This document shows, in pieces, positions 18,530 through 27,210 of a stretch of 64,000 nt of DNA. The notes beneath the pieces were generated by a model. It saw only the letters and a list, made by a program, of their open reading frames with translations, was not told the origin of the DNA and did no database searches. The translations under genes were made by a program, and so were the position numbers. Positions within the stretch are counted from its first letter, which is position 1. Every line of letters starts with the position of its first letter. The DNA is from Candidatus Sulfotelmatobacter sp. (GTDB lineage: Bacteria; Acidobacteriota; Terriglobia; Terriglobales; Acidobacteriaceae): NCBI GenBank assembly GCA_036376495.1, contig DASVAE010000021.1:3845-67844 (forward strand). Reading direction: 5' to 3'.

Positions 18530-21500
18530 ATGTGGATTGTAGCTCTAGCCTTAAGGCGTCCCTATACGTTTGTAGTGATGGCGCTGGTCATCCTGATCCT
18601 GACGCCCATCACCCTTCTGCGCACTCCGACTGATATTTTCCCGGACATCGATATTCCAGTCGTCTCCGTGGTCTGGTTCTACACCGGAATGTCGCCCGAG
18701 GACATGGCGAACCGGATTGTCGCTAACTCTGAGCGCGGCATCACCACCACTGTCAACGACATTGAGCACATGGAGTCCCAGTCGGTCTACGGACTGGGGA
18801 TCATTAAAGTCTTCTTCCGCCCGGGAACGAATGTCCAGGGCGCAATCGCGCAGATTACAGCCATTAGCCAGACCTCAGTGCGGGGAATGCCCCCCGGCAC
18901 GACTCCACCGCTGATTATTTCGTATAGCGCATCCACCACTCCCATCATTCAGTTGGGGTTGAGCAGCAAGACATTGCCGGAACAGGAATTGTTCGATCTT
19001 GGCCAGAACTTCCTGCGCACCTATCTCGCAACCGTGCCCGGCGCCGCAACCCCCTATCCCTACGGGGGAAAACTGCGGCAGATCCAGGTGGATCTGGACC
19101 TGGCGAAGTTGCAGCAATACGGGCTCTCCCCCAATGACATCGTGGGGGCGGTGAATGCGCAGAACATCATTCTTCCCTCCGGCACGATGAAGCTGGGACC
19201 CATTGAGTACAGCGTCGAAATGAATGGAACGCCGCAAACGATTGCGGAACTGAATGATCTTCCCGTAAAAACGACGAACGGTTCGACGCTATACATGCGG
19301 GATGTGGCCCATATCCGGGATGGATTTGCGCCCCAGACCAACATCGTGCGCCAGGACGGCAATCGCGGCGCGCTGATGTCGATTTACAAAAACGGCAAAG
19401 CATCCACCTTGCAGATTGTGGAGGGGGTTAAGGGGATCGTGCAGCAAGCGTCGCAGGCGCTGCCGCCGGAACTCAAAATTTCTGCGCTCTTCGATCAATC
19501 CTTATTCGTGCGGGGGTCGATTTATGGAGTGCTGCGCGAAGGATTAATCGCTGCGGCGTTGACCGCCTGCATGATCCTGATCTTTCTCGGGGATTGGCGC
19601 CCTACGATTGTCATTTCCATCTCGATTCCGCTATCGATCTTCGTCTCCATCATTCTGCTTGGCGCGATCGGCGAAACCATCAACATCATGACGCTGGGAG
19701 GGCTGGCGCTGGCGGTGGGAATTCTGGTCGACGATGCAACCGTGGAGATCGAAAATATAGAGCGCAATCTCGCACTGGGCAAGGAGATGCGCCAGGCTAT
19801 CCTTGATGGCGCGCAGCAGATTGCGGTTCCCGCGCTGGTCTCCACTCTCAGCATCTGCATCGTGTTTGTGCCCATGTTCTTCCTGACTGGCGTCGCCAAG
19901 TTCCTGTTCGTGCCTTTGGCCGAGGCGGTCAGCTTCGCCATGCTGGCCAGCTATCTGCTGTCGCGAACTCTGATTCCCACGCTGGTCATGTACATCATGC
20001 GCGGCCACGAACATCGGGCGGAAGCGCCCAGGTCGTTCATGGGCAGGTTCCAGCGGGGATTCGAGCGGAAGTTCGAGGATTTCCGGCGCGCCTACGAAGC
20101 CTTGCTCGAAACCACCCTTGAGCATCGCGGTGTCTTCGCCACATGCTTTCTGTTGTTTTGCCTCCTCTCCTTGGGGTTGGGCCTGTTTCTAGGCCAGGAC
20201 TTCTTCCCGCAAGTCGATGCCGGATTGCTGCGCTTGCACGTGCGCGCGCGTGCCGGATTGCGGGTGGAGGAGACGGCGCGCCTCTGCGATCAGATTGAGG
20301 CATTTCTGCGCGAGCAAATTCCTCCCGGACAGTTGCAAACCATTCTCGACAATATCGGGCTGCCCAACTCCGGCATTAACCAGTCCTACAGTTCCAATGG
20401 GACGGTTGGGACCAGCGATGCCGAGATACTCATCGGATTGAACCCGGAGCATCATCCGCCAACCGCGGAGCTAATGCGCCACTTGCGGGAAGTTTTGCCT
20501 GAGCAGTTCCCCAGCACCGAATTCTTCTTCCAGCCCGCGGATATCGTCACCCAGATTCTTAATTTTGGATTGCCGGCGCCCATCGATGTGCAGGTGGTGG
20601 GAACGAACATGCTGCAAAATTACGAGATTGCACAAAGAATCGCGAACCGGATGCGGCACGTTCCCGGCGCTGCGGACGTTCATGTGCAGCAGATGCTTTC
20701 GTTGCCCACGTTGCAGATGGACATCGATCGCACCCGCGTGACCCAGGTTGGCTTGACCGCGCGAGAAGTCGCCCAAAGCGCATTGGTTTCGCTGAGCGGA
20801 AGTTTCCAGACCTCCCCCAATTTCTGGCTCAATCCCAGGAATCTCGTCACCTATCAAATTGCCGTGCAGGCGCCGCAGTACCGTATGACCGATCTGCACG
20901 ATCTCATGAATATCCCGGTCGTCTCGCAACAAGGTCCGCAGTTGATGGGAAACCTGGTGCAGGTCGCGCCCTCGGTTCGGGCTGCCACGGTGAACCATTA
21001 CAACGTGCAGCCGGTGATGGATGTCTACGCCAGCACCCAGGACCGCGATCTGGGAGCCGTTGCAGCCGATACGGACAAGATCCTCAAAGAGTTCGATAAA
21101 CAGCTGCCCCGCGGAACTCATCTAGTCATGCGTGGGCAGGTTTCCACGATGCGATCTTCCTTCTTTGGACTGGGTGCGGGGTTGCTAGGCGCCATCGTTC
21201 TCGTGTATCTGCTGATTGTGGTGAATTTCCAGTCCTGGCTGGATCCCTTCATCATCATCACGGCTTTGCCGGGAGCGCTTGCGGGTATCTGCTGGTTCCT
21301 GCTGCTGACGCATACGCGTCTGAGTGTTCCCTCGCTGACCGGGGCCGTCATGTGCATGGGCGTAGCCACCGCGAACTCGATTCTGATGGTTAGTTTCGCG
21401 CGCGAGCAGATGGATGAGGGTATGCCTGCATTCAAAGCGGCTGTGTCCGCGGGGTACACTCGAATTCGTCCCGTGCTCATGACTGCCCTGGCGATGATTA

Positions 21501-21682
21501 TCGGAATGGTGCCCATGGCACTCGGGTTTGGGGAAGGCGGCGAGCAGAATGCGCCTCTCGGCCGAGCGGTCATTGGCGGCTTGCTGTTTGCGACGGTGGC
21601 GACATTGTTCTTCGTGCCCAGCGTCTTCGCGATTTTTCACGGCCGCCGCGAGCGCAAACGGGTGCAGAAGTTGGAAGCATAG
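18530..21682 (+). CDS. RND efflux transporter permease (AcrB/HAE1-like), 1050 aa
   Basis: The length is right for the family and there are two large periplasmic loops with 12 TM segments. The N-terminus (ALRRPYTFVVMALVILILTPITLLRTPTDIFPDIDIPVV) and GLAVGILVDDATVEIENIER are typical of RND pumps. Confidence 0.9.
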   Translation: MWIVALALRRPYTFVVMALVILILTPITLLRTPTDIFPDIDIPVVSVVWFYTGMSPEDMANRIVANSERGITTTVNDIEHMESQSVYGLGIIKVFFRPGTNVQGAIAQITAISQTSVRGMPPGTTPPLIISYSASTTPIIQLGLSSKTLPEQELFDLGQNFLRTYLATVPGAATPYPYGGKLRQIQVDLDLAKLQQYGLSPNDIVGAVNAQNIILPSGTMKLGPIEYSVEMNGTPQTIAELNDLPVKTTNGSTLYMRDVAHIRDGFAPQTNIVRQDGNRGALMSIYKNGKASTLQIVEGVKGIVQQASQALPPELKISALFDQSLFVRGSIYGVLREGLIAAALTACMILIFLGDWRPTIVISISIPLSIFVSIILLGAIGETINIMTLGGLALAVGILVDDATVEIENIERNLALGKEMRQAILDGAQQIAVPALVSTLSICIVFVPMFFLTGVAKFLFVPLAEAVSFAMLASYLLSRTLIPTLVMYIMRGHEHRAEAPRSFMGRFQRGFERKFEDFRRAYEALLETTLEHRGVFATCFLLFCLLSLGLGLFLGQDFFPQVDAGLLRLHVRARAGLRVEETARLCDQIEAFLREQIPPGQLQTILDNIGLPNSGINQSYSSNGTVGTSDAEILIGLNPEHHPPTAELMRHLREVLPEQFPSTEFFFQPADIVTQILNFGLPAPIDVQVVGTNMLQNYEIAQRIANRMRHVPGAADVHVQQMLSLPTLQMDIDRTRVTQVGLTAREVAQSALVSLSGSFQTSPNFWLNPRNLVTYQIAVQAPQYRMTDLHDLMNIPVVSQQGPQLMGNLVQVAPSVRAATVNHYNVQPVMDVYASTQDRDLGAVAADTDKILKEFDKQLPRGTHLVMRGQVSTMRSSFFGLGAGLLGAIVLVYLLIVVNFQSWLDPFIIITALPGALAGICWFLLLTHTRLSVPSLTGAVMCMGVATANSILMVSFAREQMDEGMPAFKAAVSAGYTRIRPVLMTALAMIIGMVPMALGFGEGGEQNAPLGRAVIGGLLFATVATLFFVPSVFAIFHGRRERKRVQKLEA

Positions 21683-21715
21683 GGCAGAGAGGGCTGGAGA
21701 GCGAAGAAAGTTGGA

Positions 21716-23140
21716 TTGAGGATGAGCGCAGAGGACAAAACCCGGCACATGGCAGTCGGAGAACGGCAGCGCCGCGCCGACAGCGGCAACGGTGCGCACG
21801 ATGGCGAACGCGCCGAGCGCTTGACACGATCGCAGATCGATGAAGAAATCGCGGCCATGGAGGAGCGGTCTCGTCATCAGACGCAAACCCTGACGCCACC
21901 CCCGGAACTTCCCCCCGCTCCTCCTCGCAAGGCCCTGCTGATCATTGGCGTTGCGTTGCTGATCCTGCTGGTGGCCGGAGCGGTGACTTTGATTGGCCGC
22001 GAGACCCACGAACGCGCTCTCGCCAAAGAAACCGAGCGCTCGACGATTCCCACCGTTGCCATCGTTCATCCCCAGGCAGAAACGCCGGATGAGGAACTGG
22101 TGCTGCCTGGCTCGCTGCAGGCATTCGAGGAATCCCCGATCTATGCGCGAACCAGCGGGTACCTGGTGCGCTGGTACAAGGACATCGGCAGCCGGGTGAA
22201 GGAAGGCGAGTTGCTCGCCACCATTGACACTCCGGAAATCGATCAGGAACTGAACCAGACCCGCGCCGCGCGACAGCAGATCGTGGCCCAGTTGGAACTG
22301 GCCCGGACTAGCGCGGAACGGTGGGAGAACCTGCGCAAGAGCGATTCGGTTTCCGCCCAGGAAGCCGACCAGCAGACCAGCGGATACAAGCAGGCTCAAG
22401 CCAACTTGGCTTCCGCCGATGCCAACGTCCGGCGGCTGGAGCAGATGGAGAACTTTAAGCGCGTCTACGCTCCGTTCTCTGGGGTCATCACCAAGAGAAA
22501 TGTAGATCCTGGAGCTTTGATCAATGCCGGAGCCGGCGGAGCCGGCCGGGAATTATTCGATATCGCGCGCGTGGATCCCCTGCGCGTATTCACCAGCGTT
22601 CCCCAGTCCTATGCACCTTTTATTAGAGTGGGCGGGCAGACCACTGTCACGTTGCAGGAATTTCCGGGACAGAAATTTGCCGCCAGAATCGCGCGAACGG
22701 CGGAGTCGATCGATCCGACCACGCGCACGTTGCTGACCGAGGTGGATGTCCCCAACAAGGACGGACGCCTTTTGCCGGGATCGTTTGGGGAAGTACATTT
22801 TGCTGTGGGTTCGAATGTGAATAAGGTCACGGTTCCGGTCAATGCGATGCTTTTCCGATCCGAAGGACCGAGGCTGGCGGTGGTGGACGGAAACGGAAGA
22901 ATCCAGTTGCGGCCGATTAATATTGGACGCGATTACGGAACCAGCCTCGAGATATTAGGTGGAGTTTCTACGCAAGATCGAGTTGTAATTAATCCGCCCG
23001 ACTCGCTGGAAGAAGGACAGCAGGTCAACATTGCCGAGTCTTCACCCGGCCAGCAGGGACAACAGCCCGGAGACGTGCGGCAGAAAGAAAACGCACCCGA
23101 ACAACGCCAGGAAATGCAGCCCAAGCGGAGCCAGCGGTGA
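21716..23140 (+). CDS. RND efflux periplasmic adaptor (membrane-fusion protein) with a long charged N-terminal extension
   Basis: A TM anchor (ALLIIGVALLILLVAGAVTLIG) follows about 75 charged residues. HlyD-like motifs include YARTSGYLVRWYKDIGSRVKEGELLATIDTPE, a coiled-coil region and YAPFSGVITKRNVDPGALI. Confidence 0.8.
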   Translation: MRMSAEDKTRHMAVGERQRRADSGNGAHDGERAERLTRSQIDEEIAAMEERSRHQTQTLTPPPELPPAPPRKALLIIGVALLILLVAGAVTLIGRETHERALAKETERSTIPTVAIVHPQAETPDEELVLPGSLQAFEESPIYARTSGYLVRWYKDIGSRVKEGELLATIDTPEIDQELNQTRAARQQIVAQLELARTSAERWENLRKSDSVSAQEADQQTSGYKQAQANLASADANVRRLEQMENFKRVYAPFSGVITKRNVDPGALINAGAGGAGRELFDIARVDPLRVFTSVPQSYAPFIRVGGQTTVTLQEFPGQKFAARIARTAESIDPTTRTLLTEVDVPNKDGRLLPGSFGEVHFAVGSNVNKVTVPVNAMLFRSEGPRLAVVDGNGRIQLRPINIGRDYGTSLEILGGVSTQDRVVINPPDSLEEGQQVNIAESSPGQQGQQPGDVRQKENAPEQRQEMQPKRSQR

Positions 23141-24621
23141 AGAGAACGGTGTTCTTTGTGGGTCTGGGCGGGCTGATGCTTACGGCCGCGTGCACCGTGG
23201 GCCCGCGCTACGTCAGGCCTTCCCCGCCCGCAACGGCGCCCGATACATGGAAGACCCAAGCCCCCTGGCAGCCTGCTGCCCCTAAGGACACGGTGCCCAA
23301 GGGAGAGTGGTGGCAGGTATTCCACGATGACATACTGAATGGCTACGAACAGCAACTTCTTCAGGCAAACCAGGCGCTGGTGGCGGCGCGCGATCGCCTG
23401 AATCAGGCGCGCTCGTTGGCCCGCATCGCGACCACGGCTTATTTTCCGCAACTTTCGACCGACCCCAATGCGGCGCGACAGCGCGGGTCCGGCAACCGGC
23501 CACTCAATGGAGCGTCTGCGGCTCTCATTCAGCCTCGTCCCTATACACAAAATCTGTACTCCATTCCTTTTTCGCTCAGTTATGAGGTCGATCTGTTTGG
23601 CCGGGTGCGGAAGAGTGTAGAGGCGGCAAATGCGTCCCTGCAATCCACGGCCGCCGATCTGGGCAACGTACAACTCGTGCTAACCGCTGAACTCGCCGCC
23701 GACTACTTCACTCTTCGCGAACTCGATGCCGAATATCAGGTCGTGCAGGAATCGGTCGACTACCAGCGTAGAGCCCTTGCTCTGGTACAACGGCGACACG
23801 AAGGCGGAGTTGCCAGCGGCCTGGAAGTCGCGGAGCAGGCTACGGTGCTCGATTCAACCCTCTCGCAAGCTTCCCTGGTGCAGGAATCGCGTGCGCAATA
23901 TGAACATGCGATTGCCGTCCTGGTCGGACAACCAGCTACGAGCTTTAACATCTCGCCAGCGCCTCTGAAGGCGACGCCACCTCCCGTGCCATTGGGCGTG
24001 CCGTCGGACGTGCTGGAGCGCAGGCCCGATATATCCACCTTGGAACGTGAAGTGGCCTACGAAAACGCGCAAATCGGACTCGCGCGAGCAGCTTTCTATC
24101 CTCACGTCACGTTGAGTGGCGCTGGTGGCTTGCAGAGCACTGATATCACTTCTTTATTTAGCGCTCCGAGCCTGTTCTGGTCCCTCGGGGCCGATGCTCT
24201 GGAGCCCATTCTTCAGGGCGGAAGGAACCGGGCCAACCTGGCTGCCACACGCGCCGCCTACGAACAGGCTGTGGCCAATTACCGCCAATCCGTGCTCACT
24301 GCTTTTCAGGAAGTCGAAGATGGCATCAGCAATCTCAGTACCCTCTCGCAGGCGCTGACCACGCAATCTCAGGCCGTCGCTGATGCCCGCCGCGCTCTAG
24401 ACATCGCCAACAACCGTTATACCGGCGGTGTGACCACCTACTTGGACGTAATCACGGCCGAGACGACCTTGCTCAATAGTGAGCGCCTGGAGACGCAGTT
24501 ACTGGGACAGCAGATGGTCAGTTCCGTATATCTGGTCAAGGCTCTAGGCGGCGGCTGGGATGGCAGTCAGATTCAGAACGAGCGGGTTCATCCTCAACCG
24601 GGTCAGTTCATTCAGCAGTAA
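23137..24621 (+). CDS. Outer-membrane efflux factor, NodT/OprM-family lipoprotein
   Basis: A GTG start overlaps the MFP stop. A lipoprotein-like signal ends in LTAAC. There are two TolC-type repeats (e.g. YFPQLS..., YPHVTLSGAGG) and the C-terminal LVKALGGGW. Confidence 0.85.
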   Translation: MKRTVFFVGLGGLMLTAACTVGPRYVRPSPPATAPDTWKTQAPWQPAAPKDTVPKGEWWQVFHDDILNGYEQQLLQANQALVAARDRLNQARSLARIATTAYFPQLSTDPNAARQRGSGNRPLNGASAALIQPRPYTQNLYSIPFSLSYEVDLFGRVRKSVEAANASLQSTAADLGNVQLVLTAELAADYFTLRELDAEYQVVQESVDYQRRALALVQRRHEGGVASGLEVAEQATVLDSTLSQASLVQESRAQYEHAIAVLVGQPATSFNISPAPLKATPPPVPLGVPSDVLERRPDISTLEREVAYENAQIGLARAAFYPHVTLSGAGGLQSTDITSLFSAPSLFWSLGADALEPILQGGRNRANLAATRAAYEQAVANYRQSVLTAFQEVEDGISNLSTLSQALTTQSQAVADARRALDIANNRYTGGVTTYLDVITAETTLLNSERLETQLLGQQMVSSVYLVKALGGGWDGSQIQNERVHPQPGQFIQQ

Positions 24622-24728
24622 TCTGAAGAAGTGGTCGATGTAGATCTCCTCTGTAAAGTTCTTACGCACTCCTGATTACTTTCTCATCAGCATGTAAGGT
24701 GTGCGCCAGCGAGTAGCTTTCGGTTGTG

Positions 24729-24764
24729 TTGATTTACCTCACTAGACGGTGTGATTTACATCAC
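24729..24764. promoter_or_regulatory. Two CRP/FNR-type boxes (TTGA-N6-TCAC and GTGA-N6-TCAC) upstream of the hydrogenase operon
   Basis: Box 1 is TTGATTTACCTCAC (24729-24742). Box 2 is GTGATTTACATCAC (24751-24764, a perfect palindrome). Centres are 22 bp apart. The pair is flanked by the 8-bp inverted repeat CGGTTGTG/CACAACCG (24721-28 and 24769-76). Confidence 0.45.
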
Positions 24765-25000
24765 TGAGCACAACCGCCTGAATAAGAGATAACCAGTACG
24801 TTCGATTCCGGGTGGACTGACCATCAGTCCTCACAGGAGCGGCGGATAGACTCTGTTTGGGATCGTCAGTCCCCTGGTACTGTTCTCATAACCCTAATAC
24901 GCCTCACGCCAGTCATCCCAAAACAGTCTCCCGTGCAGCTCACGCGATCGAACATCAAGCCCCCCGGGGAATGCAGGAGTGGGGTACCTGTTCACCACAG

Positions 25001-25015
25001 GGCATCGCTTTCGCA
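25001..25015 (+). promoter_or_regulatory. Possible sigma54 (-24/-12) promoter element
   Basis: GGCATCGCTTTCGCA has GG and GC 12 nt apart, as in the consensus TGGCAC-N5-TTGCA. It lies 49 bp upstream of the hybO ATG. Confidence 0.3.
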
Positions 25016-25063
25016 TGATTTCGACGTGATGTTGCCAATGGCCGTGCTGCCAGGAGACTGCCT

Positions 25064-26278
25064 ATGAGGACAGGCGAGAAAGAAACAATAGCGGAGCATC
25101 TACGAAAGAGCGGAGTCTCCCGACGCAGTTTTCTTCAACTCTGTTCCAAGATCATGGTAGTAGCGCCCGTGGGACTGGCGCTCACCCACAAAACCACCGC
25201 GGCCCAGGTAGCGAAGCTGGTGGGCAAGTCGCGCAGACCTTCAGTCATCTGGCTGCATTTTCAGGATTGCACCGGTTGTACCGAGACGCTGCTGCGCACC
25301 TCGGCTCCCGACGTCGCCCATTTGATTCTTGACGTGATTTCGCTCGACTATCACGAGACCCTGATGGCCGCATGCGGTACCCAGGCGGAAGCCGCATTGC
25401 AGTCGGCCATCCAGGAGAATGCGGGAAAATTCGTGCTGGTAGTGGAAGGCTCGATTCCCACTCGCGACGACGGCGTGTACATGCAACTGGCCAGCCGTCC
25501 CGCCATCCAGGTGCTCAAGGAGGTAGCCAGCCAGGCCGCGGCCGTCATTTCCGTGGGATCCTGCGCTTCATGGGGAGGAGTTCCGTCCGCGGACCCGAAT
25601 CCTACGGGAGCTGTTGGCGTCGATTCCGTGATCTCCGGCAAGCCGATCATCAATCTGCCCGGCTGCCCGCCCAATCCCTACAACCTTCTGGCAGTGGTAC
25701 TCGAATACGTCACCATGGGTCGTCTGCCGGAACTCGACCCATACGGCCGGCCGAAGTTCGCCTACGACCGCGTCATCCATGAGAACTGCCCCAGGCGCGC
25801 CCACTTTGACGCCGGGCGCTTTGCCGCCGCTTTTGGCGATGAAGGACATCGCAAGGGCTGGTGCCTTTACAAGCTGGGCTGCAAGGGCCCAGTAACGCAT
25901 GCCGCCTGCGCGAACCGGCACTTCAACGAGATTCCAGGGGTATGGCCGATCGGGACCGGCGTCCCCTGCTTCGGCTGCACGGAAAAGGGCGTGGTTTGGC
26001 AGATGGGAACGTTCGAGACGGTGCCCATCCACCTCGCGACGCCTCCCGAGACTTATCCCCCGATTTTCAGTACTGCGGGACAGCTCAAAGTTGGAGCGGC
26101 CGGTCTGGTGGGCGCGATTGCTGGTGCTGTCGGAGGAGCCGCGTGGGTGGCGTCGCAACGCTTCCACAGCAGCCTGGAAGCGGGCGTGGCCCGAATCGCC
26201 ACCGACCGTGCGCATTTCGAAAAGCCCAAAGCCACGGCCGAGAAACCGGCGAATCAGAAAGACGAGAGAGAGGACTGA
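25064..26278 (+). CDS. hybO: [NiFe]-hydrogenase small subunit (Hyb-type, Tat-exported, C-terminal TM anchor)
   Basis: AGGAGA is the RBS and there is a twin-arginine signal (SRRSFLQL). Fe-S ligand patterns are FQDCTGCTE, GSCASWGG, ENCPRRAHFDAGRF and CLYKLGCKGP...C. A C-terminal hydrophobic helix is present. Confidence 0.92.
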   Translation: MRTGEKETIAEHLRKSGVSRRSFLQLCSKIMVVAPVGLALTHKTTAAQVAKLVGKSRRPSVIWLHFQDCTGCTETLLRTSAPDVAHLILDVISLDYHETLMAACGTQAEAALQSAIQENAGKFVLVVEGSIPTRDDGVYMQLASRPAIQVLKEVASQAAAVISVGSCASWGGVPSADPNPTGAVGVDSVISGKPIINLPGCPPNPYNLLAVVLEYVTMGRLPELDPYGRPKFAYDRVIHENCPRRAHFDAGRFAAAFGDEGHRKGWCLYKLGCKGPVTHAACANRHFNEIPGVWPIGTGVPCFGCTEKGVVWQMGTFETVPIHLATPPETYPPIFSTAGQLKVGAAGLVGAIAGAVGGAAWVASQRFHSSLEAGVARIATDRAHFEKPKATAEKPANQKDERED

Positions 26279-26280
26279 CC

Positions 26281-27210
26281 GTGTCCATTACTCGCCGACA
26301 ACTTATTAGCGGAATCGCCAAAGCCGGTGTTCCAGCTGCAGTTGCCGTTACGGTCGGCACAGACGTGTTACACGCCAACGAACACGTGGCTGTGCCGAAC
26401 GCCGCCGTCGGACTTCTGTACGATGCCACCATCTGCATCGGATGCAAGGCTTGCGTTGCCGCCTGCGCCGAAGCCAACGACACCCCGCCAGACACGCGCG
26501 GGGACAGCCTCCACCAGGCGCCCTCGGACCTGAACGATCTCACGCGCAATGTCATCAAGCTCTACAAGCCAGAGGATGGTTCTACATTTTCCTTCGTGAA
26601 GCGGCAGTGCATGCACTGTCTGGATCCGGCATGCGCGGCAGGATGTCCGTTTCAGGCGCTGCACAAAGATCCGCAGAGCGGAATCGTCAGCTGGAGTGCG
26701 GAAGAATGCATCGGCTGCCGCTACTGCACCATTACCTGTCCGTATCACATTCCGCGCTTTCAATGGGCGGGATTCAATCCGCGAGTCACAAAATGCGAAT
26801 TATGCGGCCATCGCCTGGCCAAGGGACTCAAGCCCGGATGCACCAGCGTGTGTCCGACCGGAGCTGTCATCTTCGGCCCGCGCTCCGTGCTGCTGCTGGA
26901 AGCCCGAAATCGCATCAAGAAAACTCCCGGACGCTACTACCAGGATCGCATTTACGGCGAGACCGATAACGGCGGCACACAGGTGCTCTACCTATCGCGA
27001 GTGCCGTTCGAGAAACTCGGATTGCCGGAACTCGGACCAGAATCGGTTCCAGCGAGAACTCTGCGATGGCAGAGGCGCTTTTATCAGTACTTCGCATTGC
27101 CGGCAGTTCTGTACGCCGGGCTAGTTCAGGTGATCCGGAAGAGCCTGAAGGGCCATGAAGAGGAAGCGCATCAGCGCGAGAAACAAACCGGACTGAGGGC
27201 GCAATTATGA
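26281..27210 (+). CDS. hybA: Hydrogenase 4Fe-4S ferredoxin-type electron-transfer subunit (HybA-like)
   Basis: GTG 26281 lies 2 nt after the hybO stop. The ORF-track start at 25861 would overlap hybO. There is a Tat signal (ITRRQLISGI). Cys clusters are CIGCKACVAAC, CMHCLDPACAAGC, CIGCRYCTITCP and CELC...C. Confidence 0.88.
   Translation: MSITRRQLISGIAKAGVPAAVAVTVGTDVLHANEHVAVPNAAVGLLYDATICIGCKACVAACAEANDTPPDTRGDSLHQAPSDLNDLTRNVIKLYKPEDGSTFSFVKRQCMHCLDPACAAGCPFQALHKDPQSGIVSWSAEECIGCRYCTITCPYHIPRFQWAGFNPRVTKCELCGHRLAKGLKPGCTSVCPTGAVIFGPRSVLLLEARNRIKKTPGRYYQDRIYGETDNGGTQVLYLSRVPFEKLGLPELGPESVPARTLRWQRRFYQYFALPAVLYAGLVQVIRKSLKGHEEEAHQREKQTGLRAQL

Noticed and set aside
21185-22399. 404-aa minus-strand ORF spanning the RND pump/adaptor junction
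   Set aside because: It is antisense to two well-supported genes, and the product is low-complexity and Arg/Gly/Gln-rich. I treat it as a GC-driven artefact.
24460-24823. tmRNA or intact tRNA ending at the CCA at 24823
   Set aside because: The 5' T-stem cannot pair (GTAC versus CGGG). Any upstream body would overlap the outer-membrane-factor coding region. No D-arm or anticodon-arm, or tmRNA 5' acceptor partner, was found. Only the 3' fragment interpretation is retained.
25861-26280. N-terminal 140-aa extension of the hybA ORF in the ORF track
   Set aside because: It overlaps the 3' third of hybO in another frame and is Arg/Gly-rich. GTG 26281, 2 nt after the hybO stop, yields a proper Tat signal peptide.
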